NCBI GenBank assembly: GCA_965214705.1
Contig: OZ243972.1
Span: 4,000,001 to 4,064,000, forward strand
Source of the DNA: Alphaproteobacteria bacterium
Lineage (GTDB): Bacteria; Pseudomonadota; Alphaproteobacteria; UBA828
Direction of reading: 5' to 3'
DNA: 64,000 bases
Shown here: piece by piece, positions 52,224 through 62,795 of the stretch
How positions within the stretch are numbered: the stretch's first letter is position 1
How the letters are laid out: every line of letters starts with the position of its first letter
Notes under the pieces: model-generated
Seen by the model: only the letters and a program-made list of their open reading frames with translations
Database searches by the model: none
Told to the model about the DNA's origin: nothing
Position numbers and translations under genes: made by a program

Positions 52224-53267
52224 TTACCTGCCCGCGGGCACCGCCGCGTTGGTGCGGATCAGGGGCGCGATGCGTGCGGCCAGGGCGTGGGGACCGAGAA
52301 TCACGAGGTCCTCGTTGAAGTCACCGGTCTGGGAGACGACGACGGCGCACTCGATCCGCAGAGCAGAACATCGCCGGCGCAGGCGAAGCGCGGCACGCTC
52401 TCCCGCCGCGTCGTCGTCGCAGGCCACGACGAGGCGAGTGATGCCCGGCGGCGGTGTGAAGGCGCCCAGGCCTCCGGCCGAGAGCGCGGCAGCGGCGACG
52501 GCGTCCGGCAACGCGGTGACGATGGAGAGCATCGTCTCAATGCCCTCCCCCACCAGCAGCGTGCCGGCGTCGTGGTGGCCGAGGCGGACGGCATGGCCGT
52601 GGACACGGCCGAGCGCCTTGCGCGGGAAGGACACGTCTGCCTTCGCAGGATACCGGGGATCGAGCCATGTCCGGTGGACGCCGACGATAGAGCCATGCGT
52701 GCGGTGTTCCCCCGGACCGGAGCGTTCCCCCGGACCCGGGTGTTCCTCGGCGCCAGCGGTGACGGCGGCGACGAGGGCCGGCAGGCGGCGGATGCCGCCG
52801 CCGTCGCGGTAGAACAGGCTCGGGTGGAAGCGCAGCGCGGGGAAGCGGCAGCGGTGGATGGCGCGGGCCCTGAGGTACGCCTCGGCGTGGGTGCCGTCGA
52901 TGGCGCGGCAACGCCGCCAAAGGCGACGCGCCGACTCGCTTGGGTCGTACGCGTCGGCCGAGCCCGCTGCCGGCGCAGCCGGCAGGGCGAGGAAGGCGCG
53001 GGCCTCGGCCATGGCGTCGCTGAGCGGCATGCCGCCCATGCGGTGTCGGATGAGGTCCAGGAGATCGCCATGGGTGCCCTCGGCGGCGTCGGTCCACTTG
53101 CCGGGGACGCCGGGAGGCGCGAGGCGGACGAAGAGCGAGCGCCCGCGGGCGCCGCGAATGTCGCCGGCGGTCCAGTACCTGCCCTGCCTGCGGCCGTAGG
53201 GCAGGTAGGCGCGGCAGACTTCTTCGGCGCGCTCGCCGAGGGCCTTCGCGATCCGGGTGGCGTTCAT
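52224..53267 (-). CDS. Toprim-domain primase-like ICE protein
   Basis: GDLLDLI, EAYLRAR, GVHRTWL, VGEGIET, ACDDD. Confidence 0.85.
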   Translation of the reverse strand: MNATRIAKALGERAEEVCRAYLPYGRRQGRYWTAGDIRGARGRSLFVRLAPPGVPGKWTDAAEGTHGDLLDLIRHRMGGMPLSDAMAEARAFLALPAAPAAGSADAYDPSESARRLWRRCRAIDGTHAEAYLRARAIHRCRFPALRFHPSLFYRDGGGIRRLPALVAAVTAGAEEHPGPGERSGPGEHRTHGSIVGVHRTWLDPRYPAKADVSFPRKALGRVHGHAVRLGHHDAGTLLVGEGIETMLSIVTALPDAVAAAALSAGGLGAFTPPPGITRLVVACDDDAAGERAALRLRRRCSALRIECAVVVSQTGDFNEDLVILGPHALAARIAPLIRTNAAVPAGR

Positions 53268-53479
53268 GCGGCTCCCCCGCTCTGTCCAGAGAGTGCCCGC
53301 GTTCCGGCCGGCCTCGGGCTCTTGCCGGCGCGCGGGCGGCGGGGAGGCGCGCAGCGCGCCCGCGCCGCTGCCCCGCGGGACGGGCTCTGTTCGTGCCGCA
53401 TGGAAACGGGGGCACGCGCTCGCGCCGGCAATCGGCGCGGGCGCGGCCCCCAGGGTGCCGGAGGACGGCGGTGACGGTG

Positions 53480-53779
53480 TCAGGCGGCCACGTGCTGCTG
53501 CGCCCGCCAGGCGGGATGCACCATCGGCATGGCGGGCGCGAGGTCGCGGTCGACGAGCAGCTCGGCCACTGTCGCGCGCACGGCGTGCGCATCCTCGACC
53601 GCCACGGGTCCTGCGGCATCGTCGTAGAGGTGTACGTAGTAGACCCCGTGATCGGGAGTGGTGTAGGCGGGCCGCTTCATGACGGTGCCGACGGTCTCGC
53701 CGTCGGCGATGACAAGCCACTCGTCATCGCCGCAGGCGCGGAAGGCGACGTCGTCTGAGGTGAGGCGGTAGCCGGACAT
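53480..53779 (-). CDS. Hypothetical ICE backbone protein
   Basis: Non-low-complexity ORF co-oriented between ssb and the primase. Confidence 0.5.
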   Translation of the reverse strand: MSGYRLTSDDVAFRACGDDEWLVIADGETVGTVMKRPAYTTPDHGVYYVHLYDDAAGPVAVEDAHAVRATVAELLVDRDLAPAMPMVHPAWRAQQHVAA

Positions 53780-53941
53780 GGCGAGACTTCCCATGTAGAC
53801 GGCGCGCGGCGGCGCCCGGAGGGCGCCGGGCCGCGTGCCATGGTTGAAGAAGGAAAGGGGCCGTGCCCCGCGCGGGAGATGACGCAGAACACGGCCCCGG
53901 GGGCGAGCGGGCGGGAGGCACCCGCTGCGGGGACGACCGAT

Positions 53942-54355
53942 CTAGAAGGGGATCGATCCCGTCTCGGTGCTGGCCGCGGCCGCCGGCGCGTCGTCACCGT
54001 CGGCCGGTGCCGCGCCGTTGGTGCCGGCAGGCTTGTCCAAAAACTGCACGCGTCCACCGGGGACGAGCAGGATCTCCGTCGAGAACCGGTCGCTGTCCTC
54101 GCCGTCCTTCCGCCACTTCCTGGTCTGCATCTTGCCCGCGACGTACACCAGCCGGCCCTTCTTCGCGTGCTTCGCCAGCATGTCGATCAGGCCGTCCTGG
54201 AACGTGACCGCCCGGTGCCACTCTGTCTTGTCGATCCGCTCGCCGCCGCCGGCCTTGTCGATGTACGATTCGTCGGTCGCGATGCTCATGTTGGCCACGC
54301 GCCCGCCGGAGGCGAGGCTGTTGATGGTGACGTCTGCACCCAGGCGGCCAATAAT
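53942..54355 (-). pseudogene. ssb: Single-stranded DNA-binding protein, native N-terminus apparently replaced
   Basis: IIGRLGAD, TEWHR, KGRLVYVAGKMQTRKW, C-terminal IPF; similarity starts abruptly at IIGRL. Confidence 0.8.
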
Positions 54356-54543
54356 GTCGTGTAATGATGATCCTGATAGCATGTGACTACTGATGGCATG
54401 ACTTTTATCCTAAAAACAAACAGATGAGAGGGATCCGCCGTATTCCTTAGCCTACCGATGTGTACAGGAAATATCAGGAGTTGCAATTGACGGGTTGAGC
54501 GGTGTGTTGACGAATCGACGTCTCCGGCCCTACAATCAACCCC

Positions 54544-55836
54544 ATGAGCAACACACCCGGAAAGCGTATCGCAAAGCTCAGGACCACCCTGAACAAGCGC
54601 AACGTCGACGCACTCACGCCTGCCGATAAACCCTGGATCGCATGGGACGACAGGCTGGCCGGCTTCGGTGTGAAGGTGCATCCTACCGGAGCCAAGTCCT
54701 TCATCGTCAACTACCGCGCAGGTGACGGTGGACGAAAGGCACCGAACAAGCGGGTCGTGATCGGCCGCTATGGCAGGGTCACCGCCGAACAGGCACGGCG
54801 CCTCGCTCAGGAATATCTCGGTCGTGTCGCCGGTGGGGATGACCCCGCCGCCGAACGTGCCGAGGCTCGGGCGATGCCCACATTGAAGGATGCCGTCGAC
54901 GATTACATGGCGGCCAACCCGAGGCGGAAGGAATCAACCAACGCTGGATATCGCCGGTACTGCCGTCTCTATCTTGAGGACTGGCTCGCCCGTCCGCTCG
55001 ACGGCATCACCCGGCGCGACGTCGAGGCCCGGTTCAACCGCATCACAATGGACCGCGGCCAGGAGATCGCCAATCAGTGCATGTCGTTCCTGCGCTCGGT
55101 CTACCGTCGGCCCTGCGTCGATTACGACGGACTGCGCAATCCTGTCGAGCAGTGGCTCGCCGGGGGTGGGCGCTTCAACGCCCGCAAGCGCCGCAGGATT
55201 TCCACACCCGCCGAGGTGCTGCCGCGCTGGCGGACGGGCATTGAGACGCAAGTCGCGAGCCCGGTGGTCAGGGACATCTTCTGGTTCGGCCTCTACACCG
55301 GCATGCGGGTCGGCGAGATCGAACCTCTTCGCTGGGATCGGGTGGACCTGGACGCGGGTCTCTTCCGGGTAGAAGAGACAAAGACGGGAGAGCCGCTCGA
55401 GTTGCCGACCACGCGTCAGCTGTCGGAGATACTCGCGCGGCGACTGGCGGATCGCGAGATGACGCCAGCGCATCTGCGGTGCTGGGTGTTCCCGTCGGCG
55501 CGGAGCAAGTCGGGCCATGTCGAGGCAATCGAGGTGTACTATGCCCGCATCAGCTTGGCGGGCGGCACGAAGTTCTGGTTCCACGCCTTGCGCAACTGTT
55601 TCATCACGGTGGCCGAACGTGAGCTTCTTCTGCCGCGTTCTCTGACGAAGCGTCTGGTCAATCATGCCCGGCCCAGCGATGTGACCGAGGGCTACGCCGC
55701 GGATTGGACGGTAGAGCAGCTGAGGGAGCCGGCACAGCGCGTCGCGGATAGAATTGATGAGCTTATGAGTGCTGGCGCGACTGAAGGCGCCGCCCCGCGG
55801 CACACTCCGACGCCGAATCTGCAATCCACATTGTAG
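54544..55836 (+). CDS. P4-like tyrosine integrase with arm-binding domain
   Basis: WDDRLAGFGVKV..G.KSF arm domain; TGMRVGE, TKTG, HALR, NH, GY catalytic set. Confidence 0.9.
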   Translation: MSNTPGKRIAKLRTTLNKRNVDALTPADKPWIAWDDRLAGFGVKVHPTGAKSFIVNYRAGDGGRKAPNKRVVIGRYGRVTAEQARRLAQEYLGRVAGGDDPAAERAEARAMPTLKDAVDDYMAANPRRKESTNAGYRRYCRLYLEDWLARPLDGITRRDVEARFNRITMDRGQEIANQCMSFLRSVYRRPCVDYDGLRNPVEQWLAGGGRFNARKRRRISTPAEVLPRWRTGIETQVASPVVRDIFWFGLYTGMRVGEIEPLRWDRVDLDAGLFRVEETKTGEPLELPTTRQLSEILARRLADREMTPAHLRCWVFPSARSKSGHVEAIEVYYARISLAGGTKFWFHALRNCFITVAERELLLPRSLTKRLVNHARPSDVTEGYAADWTVEQLREPAQRVADRIDELMSAGATEGAAPRHTPTPNLQSTL

Positions 55837-56013
55837 GCCTTTTGCACCCGCCTTCACTGACGTGCCCCAGAACGGCATTGTTCAGCTGCGCTGCCCCAAG
55901 GGCGAATGCGGATGATGCAAACGCGTTGGTGGCAGCAGACGATTTTTTTCCGACGATATGGGCTTCGTCGGCGAGGCATGTGTAGGGCTCGTACGCAGGG
56001 TTTGCGGAGATCA

Positions 56014-57234
56014 TACCAAGCGCGTTCCAAATTGACTCACCGGCCCAATATGTTGTGGTGACGAGCTGGACCACCTCCATAGACTGTGGTGATCGACTCA
56101 CCAGCGTCGGAGGAGGACGATGAGTGCGGCAACGCCGATAACCTGGACGGAACACACGGCGGACGAGGTCCATGAGCTGGCAAAGCACTGCGGGGACGCC
56201 AAGCAAGCCTCGCGCGCGCGTGCGATCGCGATGATCATGGATGGCGCGTCTCGTACGGAGGCGGCGCGGGCGCAGGGCATGGAGCTTCAAATCCTGCGCG
56301 ACTGGGTGTTGCGCTACAACGCGGAGGGCTTCGACGGCCTTGCGGATCGTCCTCGCGGCGGGAGCGAGGGCCGGTTGACGGAGGCGCAAATCGCCGAGGT
56401 CGGCGCGTGGCTCAAGGCGGGTCCCGATCTTGAGCGGGACGGGGTGACGCGCTGGCGGGTTCAGGACATCGTTGGGAAAATCGAGGAGGCCTTCGGGGTC
56501 ATCTACACGGAGAGCGGCGCCCGTATGATGCTCCGGAGGGCCGGGTTTCGCTTTGTCTCGGGACGACCGGTCCACCCCAAAGCCGATCAAGAGCGGCAGA
56601 AGGAGTTCGTGACGGACTTCGAGGCAACGTTGGCGTCGATGCTCAGCCCTGAGGCGCTGGCGGGTCCGATCGAGATCTGGTTCCAGGACGAAGCGCGCGT
56701 CGGCCAGAAGGGGATGACGACGCGGGTGTGGGCGCATGGGAAGCAGCGTCCGCGCATCGTGCGCGACCATCGCTATGGCTACGTCTATCTGTTCGGCGCC
56801 ACCTGCGCACAGCGCGGCGTCGGCATCGCCCATGTGGCGGACAGGGCGAACACGGCGTCGATGAACGAGCATCTGGCGGCGATCGGCGCGGCCGTGGCGC
56901 CGGGTACGCACGGGGTGATCGTGCTGGACGGCGCAGGCTGGCATCGCTCGGGCGATCTGGTTGTGCCACCCAACCTGACGCTCCTGCATCTGCCGCCCTA
57001 CAGTCCGGAACTCAATCCGATGGAGCAGATCATTCTGTTCCTGAAATCGAACCGCTTCGCCAACCGCGTGTTCAAGGATGTGGCTGCCCTGAAGGAGGCC
57101 TGCTGGGCGGGGTGGCAATGGCTGACCGACCAGCCCGACGTCATCACGAAAACGACCCGGCGCAACTGGGCCGTCGCGCCATCATGCTGATCCCGATGCC
57201 TCACCGTATCGGTTCATATGATTTGCGTTTGGTA
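56014..57234 (+). mobile_element. IS630-family element
   Basis: Ends TACCAA / TTGGTA; TCA repeated at 56011-56013 and 57235-57237. Confidence 0.88.
56120..57190 (+). CDS. IS630 transposase (single ORF)
   Basis: WFQDEARVG, LDGAGWH, LPPYSPELNPME. Confidence 0.93.
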   Translation: MSAATPITWTEHTADEVHELAKHCGDAKQASRARAIAMIMDGASRTEAARAQGMELQILRDWVLRYNAEGFDGLADRPRGGSEGRLTEAQIAEVGAWLKAGPDLERDGVTRWRVQDIVGKIEEAFGVIYTESGARMMLRRAGFRFVSGRPVHPKADQERQKEFVTDFEATLASMLSPEALAGPIEIWFQDEARVGQKGMTTRVWAHGKQRPRIVRDHRYGYVYLFGATCAQRGVGIAHVADRANTASMNEHLAAIGAAVAPGTHGVIVLDGAGWHRSGDLVVPPNLTLLHLPPYSPELNPMEQIILFLKSNRFANRVFKDVAALKEACWAGWQWLTDQPDVITKTTRRNWAVAPSC

Positions 57235-57492
57235 TCAGTCGAAGCGCGGGAGGCTCTGAGCGGGGAAGGTTAAGGGTTGGGCAGGCTCTCTCTCGAGAGC
57301 CTGCCCAACCCTTTTGAACGAAGCCGCGGGCCACGAGAGGCGAAGTTGAGCTATGTGGAAAGTGCGCTGATGTCAGCGTCAGGCGGCATCCACCGGCAGC
57401 AGAGTTGCGCATAAAATGGGGATTATATATGTGACTTGATTTTGGGGGCGTAAAGTTGTATATTTCTGCGTGGATTCAATGGGGTAGGCGAC

Positions 57493-58473
57493 ATGCAGAA
57501 AGCACCTGGCAAGGCGTTTCGAGAAGGCATCGCGTTAATCGAGATTATGGACTTATTCCCCACGGAACAGGCCGCAACGAAGTGGTTTGAGACGCACGTT
57601 TGGCCGAACGGTCGGCACTGTGGACACTGCGGGTCCGTCGAGACTAAGAAAGTTCCGAACGCAAAACCGATGCCCTACTGGTGCAGGGACTGTAAGTCGT
57701 ACTTCAGTGTCCGGACCGGCACGGCCTTGGAGCGCTCCAAGGTACCGCTGCGCAAGTGGGCTATCGCGATCTACATTTGCGTAACCAGCCTGAAGAGCGT
57801 GAGCAGCATGAAACTGCACCGCGACCTGAAGGTCACGCAAAAGACGGCCTGGTTCATGCTGCATCGGCTTCGCGAGGCGTGGGCCGAAGAGATGGGTCAG
57901 GACTTCACCGGCCCGGTCGAGGCGGACGAAACCTATGTCGGCGGGAAACGTAAGAACATGTCGAACGCGAAGCGGAAGGAGCTCGCCGGGACCGGGCGCG
58001 GCGCTACGGGCAAAGAGGCTGTGGTTGGCACCAAGGATCGCGAGACCAACAAGGTCGCAGTCCGGCACGTCGACCGCACTGCTGCGCCGCACTTGGCAGG
58101 CTTCGTCGCCCACACAACCAAGTTCGGCTCCAAGGTCTATACCGACGAGTCGAAGGCCTACAACGCGCTAAACGATTGGTATGACCATGAAAGTGTCAAC
58201 CACTCCGCTGGCGAGTACGTGCGGGGCATGGCCCATACCAACGGCATGGAATCGTTCTGGGCCATGCTGAAGCGTGCCCACGGCGGCACATTCCACAAGA
58301 TCAGCCCGAAGCATCTCCAGCGCTACGCTCGGGAGTTTGCGGGCAAGCACAATTTCCGAGGCGAAGATACGGCGGCGCAGATGGCCGCAGTCGCAGCCGG
58401 CCTGGTCGGCCGTCGGCTCATGTATCGCGATCTCACGGCCGAAAACGGCCTGTCCTCAGGGGCAAGGTCATGA
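57493..58473 (+). CDS. IS1595 transposase
   Basis: CGHC/CRDC, VEADETYVGG, YTDE, HTNGMESFW. Confidence 0.94.
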   Translation: MQKAPGKAFREGIALIEIMDLFPTEQAATKWFETHVWPNGRHCGHCGSVETKKVPNAKPMPYWCRDCKSYFSVRTGTALERSKVPLRKWAIAIYICVTSLKSVSSMKLHRDLKVTQKTAWFMLHRLREAWAEEMGQDFTGPVEADETYVGGKRKNMSNAKRKELAGTGRGATGKEAVVGTKDRETNKVAVRHVDRTAAPHLAGFVAHTTKFGSKVYTDESKAYNALNDWYDHESVNHSAGEYVRGMAHTNGMESFWAMLKRAHGGTFHKISPKHLQRYAREFAGKHNFRGEDTAAQMAAVAAGLVGRRLMYRDLTAENGLSSGARS

Positions 58474-58685
58474 ACCAGAGGGAAGCAAAATAGCTCCTAC
58501 GACGATCCTGACTGCTGTTGATGACGCTGCAGGCAACATCGGCGAAGCCTGGCTTCGGATCATCCGCGACTATCTGGACGAGAGGGCACCAATAGGGACG
58601 CAGACATCTATGAGATGGAGCACACTCAAAACTGCTCCGTTCACCAATAGTCGTCCCGGCAAAGCCGGAGAAAACGAGGTTTACG

Positions 58686-58847
58686 ATGGCCAAGGGGACT
58701 CTTCCCAAGCCGAATAAGATCGGCGATCCGCACTTCAAGGGCGCGACGCCCGCGACACTGGCTCGCGCTCTTATGCGCCGTGTGCGTCCGATAAAGCCGA
58801 CAGGAAAATCGACGACTCAACGGGGACGCATCAAGTCACATATATAA
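58686..58847 (+). CDS. 53-aa IS1595-associated microprotein (absent from the ORF track)
   Basis: RBS GAGG; MAKGTLPKPNKIGDPHFKGATPATLARALMRR...SHI*; TAA inside the IR. Confidence 0.65.
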   Translation: MAKGTLPKPNKIGDPHFKGATPATLARALMRRVRPIKPTGKSTTQRGRIKSHI

Positions 58848-60071
58848 TCCCCCATAAAATCGACGCTCGCGCCGGTCTTTCGGCAGGCATGCGGGCGCAC
58901 GCTGCGAGGACTGAGCGGGGTGTGAGCCGAGGGCTGTCAGCCCGGCTCAAGCGGAGACAGGTTCGGTCGTGCGTCGGCGCTTTGGCGCCGTTGCGCGGGG
59001 CCGAAGCGAGCGGCCGTCTCACGGTTTCCCCCTGTGGGTCGGCGGCAGCGCCGGCGGGCCGCGCGTCGAGCGGGGCTCATGGCGGCGGCGGATTTCGCGG
59101 ACGAGGCGCATGACGCCGCCGCAGTGGGGGCAGGCCACGGGCGCGGTGCCGATCTCGGGCTCTTCGTCGGGCTCGGCCTGAGCGCCGTCCACGCTTCCCT
59201 CGGGGGCGGCGCAGCCGAGGGCGCCGAGAGCCTGGCGTGCTCTCTCCAGCGTGCTGGCGCGGCAGCCGTTGGCGAGGATGCCGAAGTAGCGAATGCGGTG
59301 CATGCCGTCCGGCAGGACGTGCCTCAGGAAGCGGCGGATGAACTCGTCGGCGCTCACGGTGGCGATGCCGTAGCGCGGCTTTCTCTGCCCCGGCGCCTTG
59401 GGCTTTCGGTGGCGGAAGGAGACCGTCTCGCCGTCGAAGGAGACGATGCGGCTGTCGGAGATGGCGATCCTGTGCGTGTAGTGCGAGAGGTACCGGAAGA
59501 CCTGCTCAGGCCCGCGGAAGGGCCGCTTGGCGTAGACCACCCAGTCCCTGGCCCGGGCGGCGGCAAGCGTGGCGTGGAACTCGCCGGGATTGGCGAGGTG
59601 GGCGAGGGTGCCGTGGAACTCCAGGTCCCCCCGGCCGTGGGCGCGGGCGAGCTCCTTGAGGAAGAGGCGGCGGAACAGGCTGCCGAGGACCTTGACGGGG
59701 GCGAGGAAGGTGGTGCTCCCCGTCTTCCACTCGCCACTGTCTACGTCGAAGCCCGCGTTGGGCACGACCACGTGCAGGTGCGGGTGGAAGCGGAGCTTCT
59801 GATCCCAGGTATGGAGGACCGCGGTGCCGCCGATGCGCATGCCGCCGTGGCGGGGATCGGCGGCGATGGTGCGCAGGGTCTCGGCGACGGCCCGGAAGAG
59901 GATGTCGAACACCACCCTGCGGTTGCAGAAGGCAATGGCGGCAACCTCCTTGGGCAGGGTGAAGACCACATGGAAGTAGGGCACCGGCAGGATGTCCCCG
60001 GCGCGCTCCTCGCTCCAGAGGTTGGCGGCGAGACCCTGGCAGGTGGGGCAGTGGCGGTTGCGGCAGGAGTT

Positions 60072-61721
60072 CTTATGAGCTCTCTCCGCAAGGCCCGGCT
60101 TCATCTACGTCAATGGCATTCGCAATCTCTCCACTCGAATCCGCGGCCGATGTCCAGGCAGAACGTCGTTTCCACGCAGCGATCCGCCACGCTGCTCAGC
60201 TCTTATCCGGTTCGGAACTCCGGCGCTTGCCGGCTCCGTGACCCCAATACCGCATCCAAGCGGTGGTGACGTTCCGGGAGGCGGGACCCATCTGTAGAAC
60301 GGTGCCAAGCGGCGACCCAACTCTTGCCCGGTCACACGCCTTGCCCGGCATCCTCCGCGGCCGCGTCCGACCACGTCGGAACCTCCTGTATTTTCCCGTT
60401 CGTTCGGCCGGTGCCCTCAGGAGACGATGGCGCCCTCAGGCACCAGTCCTTGGGTGGCATAGCGCCACAGCGCGATCAGCAGCTTGCGCGCGACCCCCAC
60501 GATCGCCCGCTTCCTCGCTCGCCGGTCCCTCCCGCCACCGGCATCCCTGGCGACGTAGGCGTGGAACCACTTCGTGATCGCGCTTTCCGGTTGCAGCTTC
60601 AGCCAGCGCCAAGCCATCTGGATCATGTGCTTCCTGACATGCGAGGGGCCGGCCTTGCTGATGCCAAGATCGTGGTCGACATCTCCGCTCGCCCACGGCA
60701 CCGACGTCAACCCGGCCCAGCTGCCCAACTCCCGGCGATTGCGGAAGTCCCGATAGAACACCTCGCCAGCCAGCAGTGTGGCGTCATTGAGGCCGATGCC
60801 ATGGATGCGCGTAAGCGCCGCGATCATCGCCGTCCCGTCACGATTGGTCGCGTCCTGGGCTTTCCGGCCAGCCTTCAGCAGGGCCCTCTTCTCGGCCTCG
60901 ATCATCTCGATATGCTCCTCAACCAGGCGAAGCATCCCCACCGCCCTCTCAATCTCTGCCCGCGCACGCGGCGGCAACGGCGCCCCATAGCCCGTCCGCG
61001 CGGTCGCGAGGCGTTCGAGGAAGTCCGGCTTGCGCGGCGCCAGATCGAAGATGCCGTGCAACTGCAAGAGCCCTTTGATCCGGTTGTTGACGCGGGTACG
61101 CTCGCTGATCAGCGTGTCCCTCTCGCGCAGCAGGCGCTTGGCATCCTCCTGGTCCACATCGGGCACGCGCACCCAGGACATGGCCTCCGAATCGCCTTGG
61201 TCCCATGCCTTCAGAGCCCGAACCATCCTCCTCGCGTCGATACGGTCGGTCTTTTTCTTCTTGGCGCGCCGGTTCACCCGCAGGCTCGCCGGATCGTTCA
61301 TGAAGATATCGATCTCCGCGTCACGGCGCTCGATATCGCGGGCAAGCCAGAACCCCTCGTAGCCCGCCTCGTAGGTCAGCATCACCCGAGGACGGGCGCC
61401 GAGCTCCCTCGCCACCCGTTCCCGCACCGACCCGACGAGATCCAACAGTCCCGCCGTGTCGGCAGCAGCCAGTGTGTGGATGCTGATGCTGCCACCCGAG
61501 GCATCCGGGCAATGCACGCCAACGATCCACGATTTGAGGCTGATCTCCACCGCGACATAAATCGTGCTACTACTTGCGCCTGTCAGCGCGGTCGTGTCTG
61601 GACCATCCGACATCCGTCCACTCCGTTGTTGACGATTCCGCTCGGAGAGAAGGTGCTGGCCTTCTCTCCGAGCTTGTCTAACCGCCAGAATCGATTCGGT
61701 GCCACCGTGCTCATGGTATCT
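60072..61721 (-). mobile_element. IS1111-subgroup element, copy B
   Basis: Same sequence and same insertion base as 23382-25031. Confidence 0.9.
60417..61613 (-). CDS. IS110-family recombinase (IS1111 subgroup), copy B
   Basis: Identical translation to 23727-24923. Confidence 0.92.
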   Translation of the reverse strand: MSDGPDTTALTGASSSTIYVAVEISLKSWIVGVHCPDASGGSISIHTLAAADTAGLLDLVGSVRERVARELGARPRVMLTYEAGYEGFWLARDIERRDAEIDIFMNDPASLRVNRRAKKKKTDRIDARRMVRALKAWDQGDSEAMSWVRVPDVDQEDAKRLLRERDTLISERTRVNNRIKGLLQLHGIFDLAPRKPDFLERLATARTGYGAPLPPRARAEIERAVGMLRLVEEHIEMIEAEKRALLKAGRKAQDATNRDGTAMIAALTRIHGIGLNDATLLAGEVFYRDFRNRRELGSWAGLTSVPWASGDVDHDLGISKAGPSHVRKHMIQMAWRWLKLQPESAITKWFHAYVARDAGGGRDRRARKRAIVGVARKLLIALWRYATQGLVPEGAIVS

Positions 61722-61916
61722 GAAGAGCGGATGCTCGCGCCCGCAGCCCTCGCAGGCGTACATGTGGCCGCCGAGCACGGCGGTGCGGCACGCCTCGATG
61801 GCGCCCATGACCTTGAGCCGGGCGGCGTCGATGCGCCCTTTGTGGCGCTCACGGAAAGCGGCGCCGGCGCGGCGGAAGATCTCCGCCACGCCCGCGCGTT
61901 CGGCCTCCACGCGCCG

Positions 61917-62795
61917 TCAGTTGCGCAACGCTGCGAAGCCTGAGATCGGGTGGTCGAGGCCCTCGAACATCTTGCCGGTGACGCGGGCGTAGTGACGGGT
62001 CGTGTTCGCGCTTCGATGGCCGAGCATGTCCCGGATCACCTCGATATCGCCGCCGCGCTCGAGGAGATGGGTCGCCGCCGAATGGCGCAGGCAATGGAAG
62101 GTGTAGCTGCGGTCGAGCTCGGCAATGTCGCGCGCCCTCCTGAAGGCGGCCTGCAAGGTCTCCGTTGCGATGGGCCTGTCGAGCGAGACGCCGTAGAAGA
62201 GCCAGCTCGTCGGACGCGGCCAGATGTTCCTGTAGTAGGCGCGCAAGTAGTGGATGACGCTGTCCGGCAACGGTGCCATTCTCTCGGTGCCGCCTTTGCC
62301 GGAGGGGATGTGTAGCAGCTTCTTCTCCGACAGGATGTCGCCGACCTTGATGGCCAAGGTCTCGGAGATGCGGAGCCCGCCGCCATAGCCGGTGACAATG
62401 GCAGCACGGTGGCGGAGGTCGGGCGTCGCAAGGATGAGGTGCTCGACCTCCTGCTCCGACATGTAGCGCGGCAGCTTGCCGGGCTTCTTGCGGGAGCGCA
62501 GGCCGGCGACGTGGTCAGGCCAGCCGAGTGTGTCGATGTAGAGGAAGTTCAGCGCGGCGAAGGAGACGTTGGTCGTGCCCGGACTGAGCCCCTTGTCGAT
62601 CCGCCCCAGGTACCACTGGCGCACCTGCTCGGCGTCGAGCTCGTCCGGCGAGGCGTCGTAGTACCTGGCCAGGTTCTTGATCTCGCAGATGTAGGCCTTG
62701 GACGTGCTCGCGGCCAGATTGGCGATGCGGAGCTGCTCCTCCATGCGCTGGCGAAGAGGGGTGACGGTGTTCGTGTCGCACGCGGTCCCGGTCAT
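61917..62795 (-). CDS. Tyrosine recombinase of the IS91 element (copy B)
   Basis: Two amino-acid differences from copy A (PDSV/PDIV, LRAY/LRVY). Confidence 0.93.
   Translation of the reverse strand: MTGTACDTNTVTPLRQRMEEQLRIANLAASTSKAYICEIKNLARYYDASPDELDAEQVRQWYLGRIDKGLSPGTTNVSFAALNFLYIDTLGWPDHVAGLRSRKKPGKLPRYMSEQEVEHLILATPDLRHRAAIVTGYGGGLRISETLAIKVGDILSEKKLLHIPSGKGGTERMAPLPDSVIHYLRAYYRNIWPRPTSWLFYGVSLDRPIATETLQAAFRRARDIAELDRSYTFHCLRHSAATHLLERGGDIEVIRDMLGHRSANTTRHYARVTGKMFEGLDHPISGFAALRN

Larger units (their letters stand above)
57418..58852 (+). mobile_element. IS1595-family element
   Basis: 23-bp perfect IR GGGGATTATATATGTGACTTGAT; 8-bp TSD CATAAAAT (57410-57417, 58853-58860). Confidence 0.95.
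59019..61910 (-). pseudogene. IS91 transposase copy B, split by IS1111
   Basis: 61910-61722 plus 60071-59019; same motifs as copy A. Confidence 0.92.

Noticed and set aside
58470-58680. Passenger gene in the second IS1595
   Set aside because: The ATG-initiated frame stops after 7 codons; at most a degenerate remnant.
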